In this document: one piece after another, positions 1-12,295 of the stretch
Position numbering within the stretch: position 1 is the first letter of the stretch
Layout: every line of letters begins with the position of its first letter
Assembly: GCA_951406725.2 (NCBI GenBank)
Contig: OX597841.1
Coordinates: forward strand, 23,684,001-23,748,000
Length of the DNA stretch: 64,000 bases
Direction: 5' to 3'
Source of the DNA: Octopus vulgaris
Lineage: Eukaryota
Made by a program: the position numbers and the translations under genes
The notes under the pieces: model-generated
Seen by the model: only the letters and a program-made list of their open reading frames with translations
Databases searched by the model: none
What the model was told of the DNA's origin: nothing

Positions 1-450
1 GAACAAAGCGGTCGTCGGCATCTTCACCATCTCATCTGGCAGCTTGTTCCACGGATCCGCAACCTGGACGGAGAAAGCTCCTCTCCTTCGATTGAGATGA
101 AATCGTCGCAGGTAGAGCTTTTTGGAATGACCCCGCAGCCGACGCTCCGGAGCAGGAGTGAAGAACAGCTCTTTCGAGAGGTTAGACTTTCCGCTTATGA
201 TGTTGTGGGTGAGAATGAGATCACCACGGCGGCGGCGTTTTTCAAGAGAATAAAGGTCGAGCGTCCTCAGCCTTTCTTCGTAGGACAAATTTTTGAGACC
301 ATGCGGGTAGCCAGCCTCTGGACTCTTTCGAGATGCTGTATGTCTTTGAGGAGATAAGGAGAAGAGGCTTGAATCCCATACTCCAATATGGGTCTCACCA
401 GCGTGACATAGAGTGGTAGGAATATGGCTGCTGTGAGCATTCCGAATGAC
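1..450 (-). mobile_element. CR1/L2-type LINE fragment, C-terminal part of the ORF2 reverse transcriptase
   Basis: Minus-strand translation gives LYVTLVRPILEYGIQASSPYLLKDIQHLERVQRLATRMV, then after a frameshift RRRRGDLI...LRGHSKKL...FSVQVADPWNKLP. These are typical CR1/L2 post-RT motifs. Confidence 0.88.
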
Positions 451-992
451 CGTCGAATCAAAAACAGTTTATCTAGTTACATCTGAGATTTTTTTTAAAA
501 GTATGATTCAAGGTTTTAGGAAAGCTAGACTAATACAGTCTTTGAGAAATGTGCTATTTATAACTTTTGGTTCTTTACCAAAACGATTTCTTCTGATTTC
601 ATGGAAATCCTCTTTTTGTTTGCCTCTCAGGGATGATCGTGGCTGGAATGGCTCTGAATATAGGTCTGCTTGATCAGAACTGTCCAACAACATGTGATAC
701 TACTGTGATATGCAAGAAATAGCAGCTAAATCTCACTGAAATTAAATTGTACTGCCTTAAGAAGTGGAGGGTATTTTGAATAAAATATAGTCCTTGACTA
801 GTCAGAAAAAATAAATTTGATATTTGGAAAGGATGGTCATTGTTGGAATGGCTCTGAAACCAGGCCCACTTCATCAGAGCTGTCCAAGAGTTAAACAATA
901 GGATATGTTACTATGGTTGTTTAGGGCCTCACGAGAGAGACACTATGGCATGAAAAGGATAGCAGCCAAATCCCTCTCAAATTATACCTTAA

Positions 993-1616
993 CTAGCACT
1001 ATGACCCGGCAATGCTGGGTCATAGTGCTAGTGCATGCATACAGCTGAGTGCATGCACACATACACGCGAGTACTGCCCAAATCTCCGACCACTCACATA
1101 CAGCTAGCTGGCATTCAATTGGCGTATCAAGTTTCGTGCATTTTGATTGGGTTTTGGATGGAAAATTCACAAAAAAGTCACTTCTATTGATTTTTTAATG
1201 GCTTTATGGGGTGACTGGGGAAATGTAAAGATGTGCACGACCACCCTTGGACGGTTTTGAATGACCATAGAAAGTGCGAGCCCTCTGTGGATTTGTATAA
1301 AGGACACGCACACAGACATCTTCGTTTAGCGTCCGCTTTCCATGCTAGCATGGGTTGGACGGTTCAACTGGGGTCTGGGAAGCCTGAAGGCTGCACCAGG
1401 CCCTGTCTGATCTGGCAATATTTTTACGGCTGGATCCCTTCCTAACGCCAACCACTCCGTGAGTGTAGTGGGTGCTTTTTACGTGCCACTGGCACAGGTG
1501 CCAGACGAGGCTGGCAAATGGCCACGATCGGATGGTGCTTTTTATGTGCCACCAGCACGGAGGCCAGGCGAGGCTGGCAACGGCCGATATCTTGCCGTTT
1601 ATATATATATAGAGAT
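993..1616 (-). mobile_element. Non-autonomous Helitron-like element with a nested SINE-like insertion (1316-1585)
   Basis: On the minus strand the 5' end is TC(TCTATATATA...) near 1616 and the 3' end is a hairpin plus CTAG at 993-996. Termini match the copies at 26649-27043, 51149-51722 and 55280-55669. Confidence 0.6.
1316..1585 (-). mobile_element. Non-autonomous retroelement with (GAT)n tail (called family C here)
   Basis: Shares CGTTTAGCGTCCGCTTTCCATGCTAGCATGGG...CCTTCCTAACGCCAACCACTCC with about 10 other copies in the window. Confidence 0.8.
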
Positions 1617-2029
1617 ACTTTAATTTCAAAATTAAATTTCATGGTTATTCCAGAAATCATGGTAAATATCAGCCAACAACTAGAATTGGTATTTTCTGGA
1701 AGTCATGCTGCTTCAATAAACTTGACACAGATCTCAACAAAATATTAAATTTCAAACATTGACATTCCTCAACAAAAGACAGATGGGTAAATAAAACTGC
1801 TTTCTGAAGTCAAAGGTAATGAAATTTTGAGTGGAAATATCTGATCTCTGCAGTAAAAGAGTTAATTACATTAAATAATGCACTCCTTGATTTGTTAGAA
1901 ACAGTAGCCAAATCTCCCTCAAATCAGAGAGATTTTGACCCTTTAACTGCAAAATTAAATCTTTCCAGTAATGATATTAAATATCTGTCTAAAAATGGAA
2001 TTGGTATTTTCTGCAAGTCATTTTGCCTT

Positions 2030-2348
2030 AATAAATTAGGTTTAGGGATGGGGGAAGGGTATTTTTTTTTCTTCACAAATGTAAGTAAACCCAATCTGTT
2101 TCTTAAACGAGGGACATTTTCATACGGCACAGAATATATTTTTTTTACCTCAATAGACGTCATTGATTGGTTGAAATTACAGAAATTGAAGAAAAAAACA
2201 ACAAATATCTTCCAAACTATAGTATTTTCTCAATAAAGCCAAGAGAAAAAGATGTTTTATAAACACATTCTACCAGTATACGAAGTTTAAAAGTGTTTAG
2301 TTACGTGGAAATTATTTTAAAAAACTGCCGTTCAAACCGAAAAGATCC
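2030..2348. repeat. Dispersed repeat of unclassified family
   Basis: AAAGCCAAGAGAAAAAGATGTTTTATAAACACATTCTACCAGTATACGAAG recurs at about 25320 and three times in 26120-26545. Confidence 0.7.
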
Positions 2349-2444
2349 TCAATATTTCTTTCCGTAAACACATTTAATGGTCCATTGCTGAGATTTCAGC
2401 AAAAAAAGGCCGTATTTAAAACTCTGATTTTAAAGAAAAAATTC

Positions 2445-2880
2445 AAAAAACATTTTTTAACTTCGAAAACTTTAAAAAAAAACCCAACTTTTTTTCGAAA
2501 TCGTAGAAAAGGTTTTCTGAAAATTCCCGAAACTTAAAAAAGTTATGAGGGATTATATAGGGCGCTTAAGCTAGAATTCCACCGCCAACGCTACTAAATC
2601 ATCCTAATCCTCCACGCAGGATTTGCAGAAACCCAAAGATAACAGAAACCACAAAAATATAAAAATAAAAATATTTTTTAACTTCGAAAACTTAAAAAAA
2701 CCCCAACTTTTTTTCGAAATCGTAGAAAAGGTTTTCTGAAAATTCCCAAAACTTAAAAAAGTTATGAGGGATTATATAGGGTTCTTAAGCTAGAATTCCA
2801 CCGCCAACGCTACTAAATCATCCTAATCCTCCACGCAGGATTTGCAGAAACCCAAAGATAATACAGAAACCACAATAATA
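2445..2880. repeat. Direct tandem duplication, about 221 bp x 2
   Basis: CTTCGAAAAC at 2461 and 2682, with near-identical downstream sequence. Confidence 0.85.
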
Positions 2881-3394
2881 TAAAGAATAACAAGATTTAT
2901 CTTTCTTTCTGGGAGTGATGTTATATTTATAGTATTCAAGCTTTTTGCTTGCTTCTTTCTGTCTTTTCTTTCTCTATTCTATAATTAATATGTAAACGTA
3001 TACGGGCAACGTCAGACAAACTGTCTATCTCTACCAGGTCTGTGAAAATGCTTGTGGCCTTGCTTGTTTAAACGTAGTCAGGCCTATTTTGGATGAATGC
3101 CAGTTCGGTGAAAGGAACAATTTTGATGCGGTGTGGAGCCTGGCTGGATAACTTACTGCCGTGGACTTAGTTATTAACATCGCAAACACCAAACATACAT
3201 GTACACATAGAGCAAAAATTCGTGTAAAAAACCCCCCAAAAAACAGAATCTCAGAAGAAAAAAAGAACCATTTTTCATATAAATATATTAATAAAGAATT
3301 AATATAGAATTTCATCCACCAAAAGGACGAAGGTCAAAAAAGTAAAAAAAATATAAAACCCACACTAATTATAAAAAAACACTAACATCTTTCG

Positions 3395-3872
3395 GTACTA
3401 CTAGCGAACAGTGGTCCCGGTGCGCGCACTCGCGTAGTCGCACATCCGCGCTAGCTAATCGTGACTAGTCGATCCTTTCTTCGTATCTTTGTGTATTATT
3501 TACTTTGTTTAATAAATTATTTATTTTGTGGGTACTACTGGAGAACAGCGGTCCCGGTGCGCGCACTCGCGCTGGCTAGTCGTGACTAGTCGATCCTACG
3601 TCTACCTAGCAAAGTAAATAATTTATTTATTTTGTGTTTTATTTACTTTGCTAAGTAGACGTTGTAGGATCGACTAGTCACGACTAGCCAGCGCGGATGC
3701 GCGACTACGCGAGTGCGCGCACCGGGACCACTGTGTTTTTGCGTGTTATTTTACTTTGTGTTTTATTTACTTTGCTAGGTAGACGTTGTAGGATCGACTA
3801 GTCACGACTAGCTAGCGCGGATGCGCGACTACGCGAGTGCTCGCACCGGGACCTCTGTTCTCCAGCAGTGCC
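3395..3872. repeat. CpG-rich foldback: two forward and two inverted copies of a ~75-bp unit around a central hairpin
   Basis: GGTCCCGGTGCGCGCACTCGCG...GTGACTAGTCGATCCT at ~3414 and ~3550, with reverse complements at ~3667-3730 and ~3790-3853. Inner stem CGTCTACCTAGCAAAGTAAATAA / TTATTTACTTTGCTAAGTAGACG. Confidence 0.85.
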
Positions 3873-4049
3873 CGTCTTCTTTCCCTACCTACATTCACCT
3901 CTAACGTTTAAAAATAGTCTACATGCCAAATTTAGTTTCGTATTTTGATGCTAGCTTTACTCTCACGAAGCAGTGCCCGTAATTACACCGCAAGAAAACA
4001 TTCGGAGTTACCCCGTCGTTAGTTTCGCTTTTACTTCTCTTCACTCTCA

Positions 4050-4115
4050 ATGTCTCGTCACTATATGCCTGAAAGGCGGTTCGCACCCGACCCCAATGAT
4101 CAGAACGGCAGAATG
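4050..4115 (+). CDS. Candidate upstream/first exon (MSRHYMPERRFAPDPNDQNGRM), possibly of CHTOP
   Basis: Unique CpG-containing sequence with ATG at 4050, 22 open codons and a perfect donor ATG|GTAAGT at 4115/4116. Phase 0 would join in frame to acceptor 47032 (ISNK-MAQVP). No homology recognised. Confidence 0.3.
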
Positions 4116-4440
4116 GTAAGTTAAAAGAGTTTTGTTTTGTTTACTGTTGTTTTAAACCCCTTGTGTCGGGCTTTTCTTGAGTAAGAACTCTGGCGCAAAG
4201 GGGATTCCTCCCTTGGACAATCCGGTCTCCTTTTTTTTTGCCTTTGCCTTTACTACTACTATGTTGTAGTGATTCCGAAAATGAACTTCCAACTCGCGAA
4301 TGTGCTCGATCGGTTTGTTTTTCTGAGATCGAGAAAGTGCTGCGAAGGGGCCGAACACAACTTCTCTCTGACCAAACCAATACAAAAAAAAAAAAAAAAA
4401 AAAAAAAGGAAAAAAAGAAAGAAAAAAATAGTGAATTATC

Positions 4441-5325
4441 TATGGTTTCTAGCGTGTATTACCCCTTCTTTGTAGCCCCAGACTTCTGCTCAAAAATGTA
4501 TGTCCCCATGACTTCTAGCGTGTATTACCCCTTATTTGTGGCCCCAATGTCCCTATGATTGCTATCGTGTATTACCCCTTATTTGTAGCCCCAATGTCCC
4601 TATGATTTCTAGCGTGTATTACCCCTTATTTGTAGCCCCAGACTTCTGCTCAAAGATGTATGTCCCTATGATTTCTAGCGTGTATTACCCCTTATTTGTA
4701 GCCCCAATGTCCCTATGATTTCTAGCGTGTATTACCCCTTATTTGTAGCCCCAATGTCCCTATGATTTCTAGCGTGTATTACCCCTTATTTGCAGTCCCA
4801 ATGTCCCTATGAATTCTAGCGTGTATTACCCCTTATTTGTAGCCCCAATGTCCCTATGATTTCTAGTGTGTGTTACCCCTTATTTGTAACCCCAATGTCC
4901 CTATGATTTCTATCGTGTATTACCCCTTATTTGTAGCCCCAATGTCCCTATGATTTCTATCGTGTATTACCCCTTATTTGTAGCCCCAATGTCCCTGTGA
5001 TTTCTAGCGTGTTACCCCTTATTTGTAGCCCTAATGTCCCTATGATTTCTAGCGTGTATTACCCCTTATTTGTAGCCCCAATGTCCCTATAATTTCTAGC
5101 GTGTATTACCCCTTATTTGTAGCCCCAATGTCCCTGTGATTTCTAGCGTGTTACCCCTTATTTGTAGCCCTAATGTCCCTATGATTTCTAGCGTGTATTA
5201 CCTCTTATTTGTAGCCCCAATGCCCCTATGATTTCTAGCGTGTATTACCCCTTATTTGTAGCCCCAATGTCCCTATGATTTCTAGCGTGTATTACCCCTT
5301 ATTTGTAGCCCCAGACTTATGTCCC
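4441..5325. repeat. 47-bp minisatellite, about 17-18 copies
   Basis: Unit TATGATTTCTAGCGTGTATTACCCCTTATTTGTAGCCCCAATGTCCC; period 47 (4761, 4808). Confidence 0.95.
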
Positions 5326-6234
5326 TGATGTGTCCATCTCATCGTTTATTCTGACTAAGTGTATCTAGGATTATATTATTTTACGTGCTATCGTTCTTGT
5401 TTAACCCCGAGTCAGTCACGAATAGCTCTATAACCCAAAGATACCTAGCCGTGATCTTTAGTGATAACAGTAGTTCGTATACATAAGTAAATTCGATGTG
5501 ATGTGGTAGAGGAAACATGTGATTTCATCTTAGACGTTTCCAGCGCTCCGTCAATGACCATCGCGTCCTTTTTGGTTTTGTATTTTATTTATAGCTAACT
5601 TATATTCCTCAATACAAACTTTTTCAACTGCTGTGCCATGTATGGCTTGCATTCGCATATATGTGCGGCAATTTTTTTTTTAGACGAGTCAGGAAAATGC
5701 AGATGATTTATGCACCGTACCTCTGCATGAATATATATATTTTGCAACAAAGTACAGTCCATATATCCATCACTGTTTTCATACTTAAAATGATGAAGCC
5801 TTTAGAACGATCATCGTGTACTACGCTTTATATGGTGTCCTGTAGATAGAAAAAAAAGATTAAAACTTGAGGCTCCAATGTGTCCCTGTTTAGGTACTTT
5901 TACTCAGATTTTTTTAATGCGAAGCAAAGGAGATCTGGTTCCTATTTCTACGAGATCTGTTTGATATTTTAGAAGTCTCTTTCATCAGCACATACTGCGA
6001 TTTAATTGATATTTCTACTAATATCTATTATCAGGTAGAAGCATCTCTCTGGGTAGCTGATTAAACATGGCAGGTGTGATTTGAGGGAAATTTGGCTGTT
6101 ATTTCTACCCTGTCTACTACTATGTAAAGGTCTACCTCGTTAGTTCATATATATAGGTGTGATGTGAGATAGATTTAGCTGGTATTTCCAGCTGCTTTAC
6201 AACTATGTAGAAGCCACCCTCCTTGGCTCATGAG

Positions 6235-7240
6235 ATCCGAGGGAGATATGGCTGCTATTTCTACCATTTCTAGCTACCATGTAGATATCTCTCACGTTGG
6301 CTTATACATTCTTATATGCGTACGTAATACAGTAAGGTGTGATTTGGTTGCTATTTCTAGCATCTAGCTTCTGTGTACAGTTTTTTTTTCTTTGGCTCAT
6401 AAGAAAGCAAGATGCAGTTTGAGTGAGATTTGACTGCTATTTTCAGCAGTAGATGTCTTTCATTAGCTCGTACATACCCGTTTACACCTGCATAATACTT
6501 GAATGTAATTTGAGGGAGATATATGGCTGCTATTTCTAGCATTTCTAGCTACCATGTAGATATCTCTCTCGTTGGCTTATACATTCTTATATGCGTTCGT
6601 AATACAGTAAGGTGTGATTTGGTTGCTATTTCTAGCATCTAGTTTCTGTGTACAGGTTTTTTTTCTTTTGCTCATAAGAAAGCAAGATGCAATTTGAGTG
6701 AGATTTGACTGCTATTTCCAGCAGTAGATGTCTTTCATTAGCTCGTACATAATACTTGAATGTAATTTGAGGGAGATATATGGCTGCTATTTCTATCATT
6801 TCTAGCTACCATGTAGATATCTCTCTCGTTGGCTTATACATTCTTACATGCGTACGTAATACAGTAAGGTGTGATTTGGCTGCTATTTCTAGCATCTAGC
6901 TTCTGTGTACAGGTTTTTCTTCTTTGGCTCATAAGAAAACAAGATGCAATTTGAGTGAGATTTGACTGCTATTTCCAGCAGTAGATGTCTTTCATTAGCT
7001 CGTACATAATACTTGAATGTAATTTGAGGGAGATATATGGCTGCTATTTCTATCATTTCTAGCTACCATGTAGATATCTCTCTCGTTGGCTTATACATTC
7101 TTACATGCGTACGTAATACAGTAAGGTGTGATTTGGCTGCTATTTCTAGCATCTAGCTTCTGTGTACAGGTTTTTTTCCTTTGGCTCATAAGAAAGCAAG
7201 ATGCAATTTGAGTGAGATTTGACTGCTATTTCCAGCAGAT
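6235..7240. repeat. Tandem repeat of ~257 bp, about 4 copies, built from TGGCTGCTATTTCTAGC subunits
   Basis: TGAGGGAGATATATGGCTGC at 6511, 6768 and 7025. Confidence 0.9.
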
Positions 7241-8115
7241 CTGACTACTACGTAGATGTCTTTCTTTATGGCAGTGAACTGACAGAAGAATGCTTCGCGA
7301 TATTTCTTTCGACTCGTTACGTTCTGAGTTTCAACAAATTCCGTCGAAGTCGATTTTGCCTTTTATCACTTTCGTGGTCGATGAATCGGGGGTCAGTGTA
7401 ATAGACTAACCCCCTAGCCCCACTCCCGACTCCCCCTCCAAAATTTCAGGCCTTATGTCTAAAGTAAAAAAAAGGATTATTACTGTTATAAATTTTTCTG
7501 TTCGTGCCAGATACGGTTAAAGAATGTTTGAGGGGGCTTTAAAGAAATTATCTTTTGAAAGGAAGGGAGAAAGAGAGATCGGGGGTCAGTGTAATAGACT
7601 AACCCCTAGCCCCACTCCCCCTCCAACATTTCAGGCCTTATGTCTAAAGTGAAAAAAGGATTATTATTATTGTTATAAATTTTTCTGTTCGTGCCAGATA
7701 CGGTTAAAGAATGTTTGAGGGGGCTTTAAAGAAATTATCTTTTGAAAGGAAGGGAGAGATAGATAGGGAGAGATTATGCAGAGATGTACAGAAAAACGAT
7801 GCCAGCATCCCTCTACACTGCGTGTCTGAATACCATATATAGGCTTTGAGACTCGAAAAAAAAAAACAAACATGTTCTCATACACACAGACACACACACA
7901 CAGGTGTAAGGTGCGATGAGCAGGTACTTTTTCTTTACGTCAGACGTTGCGTTTTTTTTTACGTTTCGTTTTAGTCTGCGATACCTGTCCGAGAGACTAA
8001 CAGGCCTTAAAAAAAAAAAACCTCATTACGAAAGGCGTGCCAATCGTGGCCATTCGTTTGTGTTTTATTCATATGCTTGTTTGGTTTTGTAGTCAGCCCT
8101 GAACTAAGCTTAATG

Positions 8116-8562
8116 TGGCGAGCTGGCAGAAACGTTAGCACGCCGGGTGAAATGCGTAGCCGTATTTCGTCTACCGTTACGTTCTGAGTTCAAATTCCAC
8201 CGAGGTCGACTTTGCCTTTCATCCTTTCGGGGTCGATAAATTAAGTACCAGTTACGCACTGGGATTGATATAATCGACTTAATCCATTTGTCTGTCCTTG
8301 TTTGTCCCCTCTGTGTTTAGCCCCTTGTGGGCAATAAAGAAATAAGAAACGTTAGCACGCCGGGCGAAATGCGTAGCTGTATTTCGTCTACCGTTACGTT
8401 CTGAGTTCAAATTCCGCCGAGGTCGACTTTGCCTTTCATCCTTTCGGAGTCGATAAATTAAGTACCAGTTACGCACTGGAGTCGATATAATCGACTTAAT
8501 ACCTATGTCTGTCCTTGTTTGTCCCCTCTGTGTTTAGCCCCTTGTGGGCAATAAAGAAATAG
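8116..8562 (+). mobile_element. tRNA-derived SINE (family A) with internal tandem duplication
   Basis: GGCGAGCTGGCAGAAACGTTAG (A-box-like) ... GAGTTCAAATTCC (B-box). Body duplicated at ~8348. Further copies at ~7270-7470, 9215-9740, 22252-22476, 39960-40125(-) and 57240-57420. Confidence 0.85.
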
Positions 8563-9214
8563 GTACTTCTTCCAGATTTTCGTTCTGAGTCGACCTTTGC
8601 CTTTCGTTATTTTGGGGTCCAGTCTAATCGACTGTGTTCCCCCCTACTTCCCGTTCAAATCTTCAAGCCTTGCACCTGTATTTGAAGGGGATGGGGGAAT
8701 TGAATTTATAACCTGCGTAATTGTATAGAATAGCGTCGGATATTGTCTTGTCGGTAGAAAAACTGCAATTTCTTTGGATTTTTGTTTTAAACACCACAAA
8801 ATATAAATTCTAATGAGAGGTATGCCAACCGAGGCCATTTTTTAAAAAATACCCCCAATTTTTTAATTTTTTTAATTTTAGATATAATCTATTCCGAACT
8901 ACGTTCTTAATGTGAAGGCATAGCCTGGGTAATCCTGTAGAATAGCGTCGAAAATTATCTAGTCTATCAAAAATTCCGCAGTTTCTTTGGATGTCTGTTT
9001 TAAACATCGGGGATTACAATAATAGATTTTATGAAAAGCGGGCCGACCGTGACCATTAACAATAAAAAATTCTGTCTTTTACTCAGCTACGAACAACACT
9101 TTATTTCTTACATTTTGGATGTTTTAAACATCGGAGATTAAGATTCTACAAAAATGGAAGTCATGAAGTCAGTTATTTGACAGAAGTTTCGCTTCTGTAA
9201 TTTTCGTTCTGTTG

Positions 9215-9740
9215 AAGGCGAAATGCTTAGCAGTATTTCTTCTGCCGCTACGTTCTGAGTCGAGGTCGACTTTGCCTTTCAACCTTTCGGGGTCGATAAA
9301 TTAAGTACCAGTTACGCACTGGGGTCGATGTAATCGACTTAATACCTATGTCTGTCCTTGTTTGTCCCCTCTGTGTTCAGCCCCTTGTAGGTAGTAAAGA
9401 AATAGGTATTTCTTCTGCCGCTACGTTCTGAGTTCAAATTCTGCCGAGGTCGATTTTGCATTTCATCCTTTCAGGGTCGATATATTAAGTACCAGTTTCG
9501 CACTGGGGACGATATAATCGACTTAATCCGTTTGTCTGTCCTTGTTTGTCCTCTCCGTGTTTAGCCCCTTGTGGGTAGTAAAGAAATAGAAATAGGTATT
9601 TCTTCTGCTGTTACGTTCTGAGTTTAAATTCCGCCGGGGTCGATAAATTAAGTACCCGTTGCGTACTGGGGTCGATCTAATCTCGACTGGTCCCCTCCCC
9701 CCAAAATTTCAGGCCTTGTGCCTAGAGTAGAAAAGAATTT
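9215..9740 (+). mobile_element. Cluster of family-A SINE copies (3 partial, tandem)
   Basis: TACGTTCTGAGT...GGGTCGAT-A-ATTAAGTACC repeated three times. Confidence 0.8.
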
Positions 9741-9944
9741 TCGTTCTACTGAAAAATGTACAAAAAGAAAAAAAAGAACACATAATTTTTAGACTCAGAC
9801 ATAGCTCAGGTAAGAAGTTTACTTCCTAACCACACAGTTCTGGGTTCAGTTCCACTGCTGGCACATTGGGCAGGTATCTTCTATAGTCTCGGGACTACTA
9901 AAGCCTTCTGAATTTGGTAGACGGAAATAATTTGTGTATATGTC

Positions 9945-10240
9945 TGAAAGCATGTGACCTAGTGGTTAGGGTATTAGCTCATGATCATAAAGTCATGAGT
10001 TCAATTTCCAGCAGTGCGTTGTGCCCTTGAGCAAGATACTAGTTCATGTGGCTTCAGTTCACTCAACTGGCAAAAGTGAGTTGTTTCTTTATTCGAAAGG
10101 GCCAGCCGTGTCACATTTTGTGTCATGCTGAATCACACTGAGAACTATGTTAAGGGTATATGTGTCTGTGGAGTACTCAGCCACTTACACGTTAATTTCA
10201 GATCAACTGGAACCATCACCATCGTAACTGATAGAGTGCT
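9945..10240 (+). mobile_element. tRNA-derived SINE (family D)
   Basis: TAGTGGTTAGG A-box, GAGTTCAATTTCC B-box and a TTGAGCAAGA-AC central domain shared with 22490-22828, 44430-44755 and 45455-45690(-). Confidence 0.75.
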
Positions 10241-10244
10241 AGTT

Positions 10245-11040
10245 ATGGGCATGGACACATTGAAACTCCGACGTCTGGCAGCTGACTTGGCAGACACCCA
10301 TAAAATTATCAACCATCTTACAAACAATAACTCTGAGCACCTTTTCAAACTCCACCCATCTAACACCCGTGGACATATTTACAAAGTGAGAAAACAACAC
10401 AGCTCCCATGACTTCAGGAAACATTTTTTCATGCTGAGAGTTGCTGAAGCATGGAACAAACTACCGGCATCAGTTGTTAGTTGTCGGAGCACTGCATCCT
10501 TCAAAACTTCCATGCTTCCTGAGATTCACCAACACTACACCTGATTTTCTCCCCTCCATTCACACACAAGCATGTATCTGACTCATACACTGTTCACTTT
10601 CCAGACATTTGTACATTACTGCATATGCAGACACCCATAAAATTATTAACCATCTTACAAACAATAACTCTGAGCACCTTTTCAAACTCCACCCGTCTAA
10701 CACCCGTGGACATATTTACAAAGTCAGAAAACAGCACAGCTCCCATGACTTCAGGAAACATTTTTTCACGCTGAGAGTTGCTGAAGCATGGAACAAACTG
10801 CCGGCATCAGTTGTTAGTTGTCGGAGCACTGCATCCTTCAAAACTTCCATGCTTCCTGAGATTCACCAACACTACACCTGATTTTCTCCCCTCCATACAC
10901 ACGCAAGCATGTATCTGACTCATACATTGTTCGCTTTGCAGACATTTCTACATTACTGCATATGCTTTATACTCACTTTTTGACAGGTTGTGGTGCACCT
11001 GAGCACTGTATACAATAATTTCATTATTATTATTATAATA
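10245..11040 (+). mobile_element. 5'-truncated CR1-type LINE 3' end, tandemly duplicated, with (ATT)n tail
   Basis: LRRLAADLADTHKII...NTRGHIYKV...FRKHFF(M/T)LRVAEAWNKLP occurs twice (ORFs ending 10544 and 10881). The 3' UTR ends GCACCTGAGCACTGTATACAATAATTTCATTATTATT. Confidence 0.9.
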
Positions 11041-11077
11041 TATATATATAAACGACCTATTCTTACATCAGTGTATA

Positions 11078-11222
11078 ATCGACATAAAGGATGGTTTAAA
11101 ACTCTCTTCAGCCGCATGCAATTGTTATACCAAAGGTTTGGATTTTTCATAATGTGATGTAAACCTTTGGTATAACAATTGCATGCAGCTGAAGAGAGCT
11201 TTAAACCATCCTTTATGTCGAT
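11078..11222. repeat. Near-perfect inverted repeat, ~62-bp arms
   Basis: ATCGACATAAAGGATGGTTTAAA...ATACCAAAGGTTT / AAACCTTTGGTAT...TTTAAACCATCCTTTATGTCGAT. Confidence 0.9.
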
Positions 11223-11224
11223 GA

Positions 11225-11693
11225 CTGGCACCCGGCAGTTGCCAGGACCGCTGGACTGACTCCTGTGCAGGTGGCAAGTGAAGAAACACCATTTCGACCC
11301 TGTGCTTGAGGAGATCCATTGAGTCAAGTACACCAACATCAAAAATCAATGGAAACTGCAGCTGTGATCCCTGTACCAGTGGCACGTAAAAAGCACCATC
11401 CGAACGTGGCCGATGCCAGCACCGCCTAGACTGGCTTCCGTGCCGGTGGCACGTAAAAAGCACCAATCTGATCGTGGCCAATGCCAGCCTCACCTGGCAC
11501 TTGTGCTGGTGGCACGTAAAAAGCACCCACTACACTCACGGAGTGGTTGGCGTTAGGAAGGGCATCCAGCTGTAGAAACACTGCCGGATCAGACTAGAGC
11601 CTGGTGCAGCCTTCTACCTTCCTAGATCCCCGGTCGAACCGTCCAACCCATGCTAGCATGGAGAACGGACGTTAAACGATGATGATGATGATG
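11225..11693 (+). mobile_element. Family-C retroelement, near full-length copy with (GAT)n tail
   Basis: Internal GGTGGCACGTAAAAAGCACC subrepeats and an AAACGATGATGATGATGA tail. Other copies at 22890-23195, 32205-32550(-), 33655-33960(-), 37090-37372, 37710-38302(-), 38490-38977 and 49300-49522. Confidence 0.85.
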
Positions 11694-11865
11694 ACACTGA
11701 TGTAAGAATAAGTCGTTTATAAAGCTTGAAACACGTGTACCGCAACATCCTTTGTGTTCTGTTTTTGATTTCATTTTATACATATGTCCTCTCACCTCTG
11801 CTACTAGCTGGCCTATACAGGTGCTTACACTTATCAAGTATTCACACCAAATTTATTGTACCTAC

Positions 11866-11911
<46 letters not shown>

Positions 11912-12258
11912 ATTAAGGAATGGCCTTGATAGGCCATTCGACCCACTAGAAAGAGCAGCTAAACTCAAACCGCTAAATAGTTGTAATTCAGAAACCAAAG
12001 GAAAATAAAAATAAAAACATTTACCCTTATCATCTTTGGACTATGCATAGTTTCGACATACATATTGGTAAACCGATTTAATTAAATTAAATTAAATCTG
12101 TTTGCCACTGGCCTGTCTTGTCAGCAAAGAAGCCAGGGAAATATATATCCACAAGGCGACAGCATTGACGCCTTGAGAATATATATTCTAAATTTTCAAA
12201 ATCTACCGTCACCGCGCCAACTTGAATTTTCTTGAATTTTTTGCTACCCTGATATTGA

Positions 12259-12295
<37 letters not shown>

